DNA of 64,000 nt from an uncultured Candidatus Saccharibacteria bacterium (GTDB lineage Bacteria > Patescibacteriota > Doudnabacteria > UBA920), in contig CAYVOF010000001.1 in NCBI GenBank assembly GCA_964453405.1, positions 1,531 to 65,530 of the forward strand, given 5' to 3'. Position 1 is the first letter of the stretch; each line of letters starts with the position of its first letter. The position numbers and the translations under genes are program-made. This document shows, piece by piece, positions 58,725 to 64,000 of the stretch. Below the pieces are notes generated by a model. It was not told the origin of the DNA and searched no databases. It saw only the letters and a program-made list of their open reading frames with translations.

Positions 58725-58800
58725 ATACCCTCCTTATTAACGTATCGTACTCCAGTCCTATGATATAATCAATAGGTTATTATTAAATTATTTTTCTCAT

Positions 58801-59151
58801 ATGAATGACCTACAAACTGTGTTTGCTCGAATCAAAGAAACCAAGCGCAAGCAAAAAGAGATCCGCAGAATATATAAAGATGCTTTGGAGCAAAATCGGG
58901 GATACCAAGAAGTACTTGAAAAGCTTGATGCATTAAAAGCAGCTAAAAAATCTATTGAAGATGACATTAAGTCCGAACTAGAAAGCGATTTTCAAAAACT
59001 TGATGCATACAAAATGCACATCGTTAACGATACAGAATTAATGGCAGATTTAGCTATTAATCAATTGATGTCTGGCGAAACTGTAGAAATTGTTGATGAG
59101 AACGATCAAAAATATGAACCAATCTTTACCGTCCGATTCAAAAAAGTCTAA
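58801..59151 (+). CDS. Coiled-coil hypothetical protein
   Basis: Coherent 116-aa ORF ending YEPIFTVRFKK. Confidence 0.75.
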   Translation: MNDLQTVFARIKETKRKQKEIRRIYKDALEQNRGYQEVLEKLDALKAAKKSIEDDIKSELESDFQKLDAYKMHIVNDTELMADLAINQLMSGETVEIVDENDQKYEPIFTVRFKKV

Positions 59152-59185
59152 ATTTATTCCGCTAAATATTTTTCGGTTGCAAGTG

Positions 59186-59494
59186 ATGCAAATGGTGCAT
59201 GACTTTTGTACAGAGATTAGTTCCAGCGCGGCGCATCCTGTTGTGTGCAGTAAGCTCAAGTTTCGGTCTATGACCAGTCGATGGGGGACTTGTTCTACCA
59301 AAGGCGTGATCACCATCAATATTAAATTAAAAAATTTACCTCAAGAGGTAATTGAGTTTGTGGTGTTTCATGAATGCTTACATTTACTCCATCATAACCA
59401 CGGCATAAATTTTAGAAAACGGTTACATAAAAAATTTCCCAACAAAAAAGAGCTTGAGCATCAGCTCAAACTCTGTGGTTTGTCGGAGTTGTGA
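59186..59494 (+). CDS. YgjP/DUF45-like zinc metallohydrolase domain (short or truncated)
   Basis: MTSRWGTCS, VVFHECLHL, HNHG; start uncertain. Confidence 0.65.
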   Translation: MQMVHDFCTEISSSAAHPVVCSKLKFRSMTSRWGTCSTKGVITINIKLKNLPQEVIEFVVFHECLHLLHHNHGINFRKRLHKKFPNKKELEHQLKLCGLSEL

Positions 59495-60043
59495 TTATTT
59501 GGCGGTGAAGTTGGAATAAGTTTTGGGTCCCGCTACAACAGGGCCTTCAACAAAAAGATCCTTATTAATATCAAACTTTTTGTCGCCATCATCTAAATAG
59601 ATATGGGCAGTATATTCAGTAGTGGAATTAAGCTTTGTGGTAATCGGAATTTCTAAATCCTGCTTTGCACCAGCAGAAAGAATTTTACTTGAACCGAGAA
59701 TAATATCATTACTGGTATCAGGGCCTGGTTGTAAAATTTTAATAACGATAAATCCAGGTTTGCTTAAGTTAACATTATCAACTGTTACGGTTTTACTTCC
59801 AGCAATCTGAGTGCTTACGACTACTACATTATCCCCTGATGGGGCATTAGTTGCTGGGCCTTTTGTATCATTGGGTGTGGTTCCGTTTGGGTTGGCCTGA
59901 TTCTCAATACCTGCCGAAAAATTATCTGTTGGGCTAGGGGCTGTTGCTTTGTGACCACTTACCAAGAACCAGATTATGGCTCCTAAGACTACCACAGCTA
60001 TTAAAGCTGGGATAATGTGTTTGTTGGAATATATTTGTTTCAT
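59495..60043 (-). CDS. Membrane-anchored hypothetical protein
   Basis: TM, linker, PGFIVI...YLDDGDKKFD domain. Confidence 0.75.
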   Translation of the reverse strand: MKQIYSNKHIIPALIAVVVLGAIIWFLVSGHKATAPSPTDNFSAGIENQANPNGTTPNDTKGPATNAPSGDNVVVVSTQIAGSKTVTVDNVNLSKPGFIVIKILQPGPDTSNDIILGSSKILSAGAKQDLEIPITTKLNSTTEYTAHIYLDDGDKKFDINKDLFVEGPVVAGPKTYSNFTAK

Positions 60044-60116
60044 CTCTTTAAGTTAATAAACTTTCAACTAGATTATAGCACTTTTGACACTGATTTTGAA
60101 TAAAAAAACTCCTAAA

Positions 60117-60443
60117 TCATTTTCGATTTAGGAGGCTCTCTAAGAGCTCAAAGCCTCGCGCTGGAGGCAAAATTCTTGGGTCGTCGCGTCGGATAGCATT
60201 GACCTGAGTATTGGGATTACTTTTACGTTCAGATCTAACCGGCGTGGGTTCAATCTTTACGTAAGCGCTTTCCTGACGATTGTTGTCGTTGTTATAACGA
60301 CTTTTAAACGCTACGTTCGCTTGGCCGCGATTGACTGCGCTGGTTTCCATGTATCCACCGCCAACAATGGCAGCAAATTTTTGTAGCACAGTATCTTCTT
60401 TAAAGCAGTACTTACGACCATCTTTACCAGTCGTTTTAGGCAT
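60117..60443 (-). CDS. Hypothetical protein (accessory unit)
   Basis: TTTACA-17-TATAAT at 60509-60481; AGGGGGTG SD. Confidence 0.65.
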   Translation of the reverse strand: MPKTTGKDGRKYCFKEDTVLQKFAAIVGGGYMETSAVNRGQANVAFKSRYNNDNNRQESAYVKIEPTPVRSERKSNPNTQVNAIRRDDPRILPPARGFELLESLLNRK

Positions 60444-60536
60444 AATTTAGCCACCCCCTATTGAATTTTCTAACCATTATATTATAGCATATATTCAATA
60501 TTTTGTAAAGTCTAAGTATGCTATAATGAATGGACT

Positions 60537-61628
60537 ATGATTATCGGAATCGAAGCCGAAAGAGCCAATAATAGGATCAAAACAGGTGTAGAACACTATG
60601 CAAAACAGCTAATTTTACATTTAGCTCAAATTGACTCAAAAAATCATTATATTTTATACCTCCGAACCAAGCCAGAAAACTGGTTTCTTAGTTTGCCTAA
60701 AAATTTTACAGTGAAGGTAATGCCGTTTCCAATTTTTTGGACGCAGCTGCGTATTAGTTGGGAAATGATTTGGCATCCGCCGGACGTGTTGTTTGTGCCT
60801 GCATCAACTTTGCCGCTTGTTCATCCAAATAGTGTTTACACTGAACATGATGTCGCGTGGATTCACTACCCAGAAATTTTTACTTTTTATATGCGCTGGT
60901 TTCATCGGATTTTTTCCTGGCTGGCTCGAACTTCCAGTACTAAGATAATTTCCATTTCCGAAAACACAAAAGATGATTTGATTAAGCATTATAATGTTGC
61001 ACCGGAAAAAATTGCGGTAGTGCCTCATGGATATCAGGAAACAGGTCAGGATTTTTCAAAGTTGTCTTTAAAAGTTTCCAATAAACTACCAGAGAAATAC
61101 ATCCTGTTTTTATCTACAATACAACCACGTAAAAATTTAATTGGTTTAATTGAAGCTTTTAGAGAGTTAAAAAATGAACACCCTGAACTTCCTCATAAAT
61201 TAGTTGTAGTTGGTAAGGCTGGTTGGAAGTATGAAGAAACCTTAGCTTGTATTGAAGCAAATCAGGACATTGTGACTTACTTAGGTCGTGTTGATGACGA
61301 GGATCGCTGGCCAATTTATAATGGCGCCGACCTATTTATTCACCCAAGTTTCTACGAAGGTTTTGGAATGTGGATTTTAGAAGCGTTTGAATGTGGTGTG
61401 CCTGTGGCAGTTTCTAATAACTCTAGTTTGCCAGAAGTTGGCGGTGATGCAGCTCTTTATTTTGATCCAGCAAACAAAGAACAAATTAAACAAACAATAT
61501 TAAAGGTGTTGCAAAATCCAGAACTCACAAAAGAAATGACTGCGCGCGGTCACAAGCAATTACAGAACTTTAGTTGGGAAAAATGTGCTCGTCAAACTTT
61601 GGCTATATTAGAAGAAGCTGGAAAATAA
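60537..61628 (+). CDS. GT4 glycosyltransferase
   Basis: PRKNL, PSFYEGFG, LPEVGG. Confidence 0.92.
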   Translation: MIIGIEAERANNRIKTGVEHYAKQLILHLAQIDSKNHYILYLRTKPENWFLSLPKNFTVKVMPFPIFWTQLRISWEMIWHPPDVLFVPASTLPLVHPNSVYTEHDVAWIHYPEIFTFYMRWFHRIFSWLARTSSTKIISISENTKDDLIKHYNVAPEKIAVVPHGYQETGQDFSKLSLKVSNKLPEKYILFLSTIQPRKNLIGLIEAFRELKNEHPELPHKLVVVGKAGWKYEETLACIEANQDIVTYLGRVDDEDRWPIYNGADLFIHPSFYEGFGMWILEAFECGVPVAVSNNSSLPEVGGDAALYFDPANKEQIKQTILKVLQNPELTKEMTARGHKQLQNFSWEKCARQTLAILEEAGK

Positions 61629-61632
61629 TTTT

Positions 61633-63249
61633 ATGTTCAAAATATTTACAGATAAAAATAAAATAATTATTGGTGCGGCAGTACTTTGGCAAATAATCTC
61701 CATCGGGCTAGTTGCTACTGGGGTATGGCCCCAACAAATTAGTTTATTCAATTTAGGTTTACTAGTCGTACTTTTTGTAATTTTGCCAGCAATTGATGCC
61801 TTAGGATTATTCTTGTTATCCTTGCCATTTATGGTGGTGCTCCCAAATTTTGCTGCTTTAACAGGCTTACCGATGTGGCGAATATTAGTAGCGTGGTTGT
61901 TTGTAGTGATTGCAACAAAATACTTGTTTGCCAGATATCAGCAGTCACGCTCAGGCTTTAAACTTTCTAATTTTATTAGTAAAGAAATTAAATATTTCTG
62001 GCAAGAAAAACTACAGAGTTGGGATAAGTGGCTGTTAGGTTTGCTTTTACTCGGTGGGCTGTCTTTATTTGCGGCGCGATTTCCTGTTCATGGGATTAAA
62101 CAGTTAATTTTTTTGATTAATGTATATTTGCTGTACTTAGCGTGTATATTGGTGGTTGACTCTCAGGCCATTTATAAAGCTTTACTTTATTACATAAAAC
62201 TATCACTGCTAATTACTGTGTTGTTAGGTTTTGTTCAATATATTTTAAGTTTATTTTTTTCACCGTTTTATTTTTGGCAATACTGGGCGTCATTGATTTC
62301 TAGTAGCTACTATGGACAAGCTCTAGGTGATGTTTTGGCGTACTCTAACTCGTGGTTTAGTGCCAACGGTGGTGGGCAAAGCTTGCGAATGTTTGGAATT
62401 TTACAGGACACTCATGCCTTTTCTGTAGTTGTCATATTTGCGTTAGCTTTTTGGTTGGTTCGCAAGCGTTCGTGGCAATTTTGGTTAGGACTGACTGGTT
62501 TGTGTTTTGCATTAATTGCCAGCGGAACCAGGGGAGCTTGGCTTGCCATGTTGGCGCCTGCTGTAATCACAGTATTCATCTGGTTACGATACAAGGCCAA
62601 GGCTTTGGCAATGTGGCCACTAGTCGCTCATGCTCTCGTTATAGTCTTGTTTATGTTGTCGCCGTTTATTTCTATTGGTTTAAATTGGGTGCGCACCATT
62701 AATTCGGACGACAATTTTTTGGACAGAGCCACAAGCATTTACGACTTGAATGAAAGTTCTAATGTTGGACGATTGGAAATTTGGAAGTCTAGTGTAGTCT
62801 ATGCTATACATCATCCGCTTGGCACTGGTTATGGTAATTTTATTTCTTCGATTAGTTCTTCTGCTAACTCTTCTGGGTCTGGCGACGCTGTTACATATGA
62901 ACAACTTTCACAGCAAAAGAACCTTCGTTTTAATTTGCCTCAAAAGTTTATTACTGCTCATAGTCTGTATTTGCATGTTTTAGTAGAGTTGGGTTTAATC
63001 GGACTGCTATTATTTGGCTTAATGTGGCTGAGTTTTTTTGCAAAAATTTGGCACTACCTAAAATCCGAACATTGGCAGGTCAATCAAAAATCTTTACTGC
63101 TATTTAATATTGGATTGGCATCGGTATGGTTATTGGCTTATGGCCTGTTTGATGTTACTATTTTAAATGAACGTGTCTTACTGTACTTGATGGCAATTAT
63201 TGCCATAGTGAACTTGGTTCTTAGAAACAAAGAATTAAACTCAAATTAA
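61633..63249 (+). CDS. O-antigen ligase/polymerase family protein
   Basis: SGTRGAW, RLEIW, AHSLYLHVLVELG. Confidence 0.85.
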   Translation: MFKIFTDKNKIIIGAAVLWQIISIGLVATGVWPQQISLFNLGLLVVLFVILPAIDALGLFLLSLPFMVVLPNFAALTGLPMWRILVAWLFVVIATKYLFARYQQSRSGFKLSNFISKEIKYFWQEKLQSWDKWLLGLLLLGGLSLFAARFPVHGIKQLIFLINVYLLYLACILVVDSQAIYKALLYYIKLSLLITVLLGFVQYILSLFFSPFYFWQYWASLISSSYYGQALGDVLAYSNSWFSANGGGQSLRMFGILQDTHAFSVVVIFALAFWLVRKRSWQFWLGLTGLCFALIASGTRGAWLAMLAPAVITVFIWLRYKAKALAMWPLVAHALVIVLFMLSPFISIGLNWVRTINSDDNFLDRATSIYDLNESSNVGRLEIWKSSVVYAIHHPLGTGYGNFISSISSSANSSGSGDAVTYEQLSQQKNLRFNLPQKFITAHSLYLHVLVELGLIGLLLFGLMWLSFFAKIWHYLKSEHWQVNQKSLLLFNIGLASVWLLAYGLFDVTILNERVLLYLMAIIAIVNLVLRNKELNSN

Positions 63250-63250
63250 T

Positions 63251-64000
63251 ATGAATGAAGAAATTCAAACGCAACCTAATCAGAGGAAGCGGATTATAGT
63301 AGTCGTAATTATGTTGCTGGTTTTAGTCGGTGTTTTTCGAATCGGCTACAATGCCGGCCAATCTGGTTACACTTTTTCGGTAAATGAATTCAAAATTATC
63401 AATAAGTCTGATCCTCAAGCCGAGGTTGATTATGGTTTATTATGGGAGGCTTTGGATGTAGTGGGTAAGAAGTATATTGAAAAAGATCAGATCGATCAAA
63501 AGAAAGTTCTGTATGGAGCAATTAGTGGCGCAGTTGCAGCAGCTGGCGACGAATACACGCAATTTTTTGACCCAGAAGCTTTAGCTCAGTTTAAGACTGA
63601 ATTACAAGGTAAATTTAGCGGTATCGGTGCAGAAGTTGGCAAGCGCGATGGAAACATTGTAGTTATCTCACCTCTGGATGATAGTCCTGCACAACGCGCT
63701 GGGCTACTTCCTAATGACATAATTGTAAAAGTTGATGATAAATCAACTCAGGACGTAAGTGTGGATGAAGTAGTAAATCAAATCCGCGGTCCAGAAAACA
63801 CTCAGGTTAAATTAACTTTGTATCGCGAAGGGAAGACTGCAACTTTTGATGTTACTATCACACGTCAACAAATTGAGATTAAGAGTGTAAAAGTTACTTA
63901 TAAAGAATCGAATGGCAAGCAAATTGCGGTTTTAAAAATTTCTCGTTTTGGTGATGATACCCAAAGATTGTTTGATGCCGCCGTAAAGGATATAAGTAAT
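63251..64000 (+). CDS. S41 carboxyl-terminal protease with PDZ (partial)
   Basis: Manual translation: N-terminal TM, FSGIGAEV, SPAQRAGL, IRGPENTQV; runs off window end. Confidence 0.88.
   Translation, partial: MNEEIQTQPNQRKRIIVVVIMLLVLVGVFRIGYNAGQSGYTFSVNEFKIINKSDPQAEVDYGLLWEALDVVGKKYIEKDQIDQKKVLYGAISGAVAAAGDEYTQFFDPEALAQFKTELQGKFSGIGAEVGKRDGNIVVISPLDDSPAQRAGLLPNDIIVKVDDKSTQDVSVDEVVNQIRGPENTQVKLTLYREGKTATFDVTITRQQIEIKSVKVTYKESNGKQIAVLKISRFGDDTQRLFDAAVKDISN

Noticed and set aside
1-64000. CRISPR array, tRNA/rRNA genes, IS elements, prophage, alternative genetic code
   Set aside because: No regularly spaced repeats, tRNA T-loop motifs, transposase/integrase or virion genes seen by eye; TGA terminates intact genes such as gatA and mrdA

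Overview
Bacterial chromosomal window, AT-rich, standard genetic code (TGA used as stop). Gene content and style suggest a Patescibacteria/CPR (Parcubacteria-like) genome; this is an inference. Housekeeping genes (gatCAB, miaA, holB, frr, rseP, proS, mreBCD-mrdA, folD, greA, lysS, serS, murF, ddl, rplU, msrAB) alternate with surface-glycan genes (GT2/GT4/GT-C, WecA/TagO-like, flippase, O-antigen ligase-like, an RmlB fused to a plant-type NRS/ER domain), surface proteins (sortase fusion, S8 protease, lysozyme-like protein with CPR-type repeats) and an ECF sigma/anti-sigma pair. I saw no tRNA, rRNA, CRISPR array, transposase or integrase. Main unexplained signals: (1) two ~110-bp intergenic elements 30 kb apart and on opposite strands that share an invariant core (ACTATC-N4-CACAG...GAA...CGTAG) with fully covarying stems, a candidate new structured RNA/ssDNA family; (2) about 14 dispersed accessory units, mostly ORFans, each with a 17-bp-spaced sigma70 promoter, a strong Shine-Dalgarno and a terminator, several starting GTTAG near +1, whereas many core genes look leaderless or SD-less; (3) a ~200-nt G-U-rich structured leader upstream of two secreted ORFans; (4) a two-member ECF promoter motif. 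Product calls come from motif recognition only; no searches were run.
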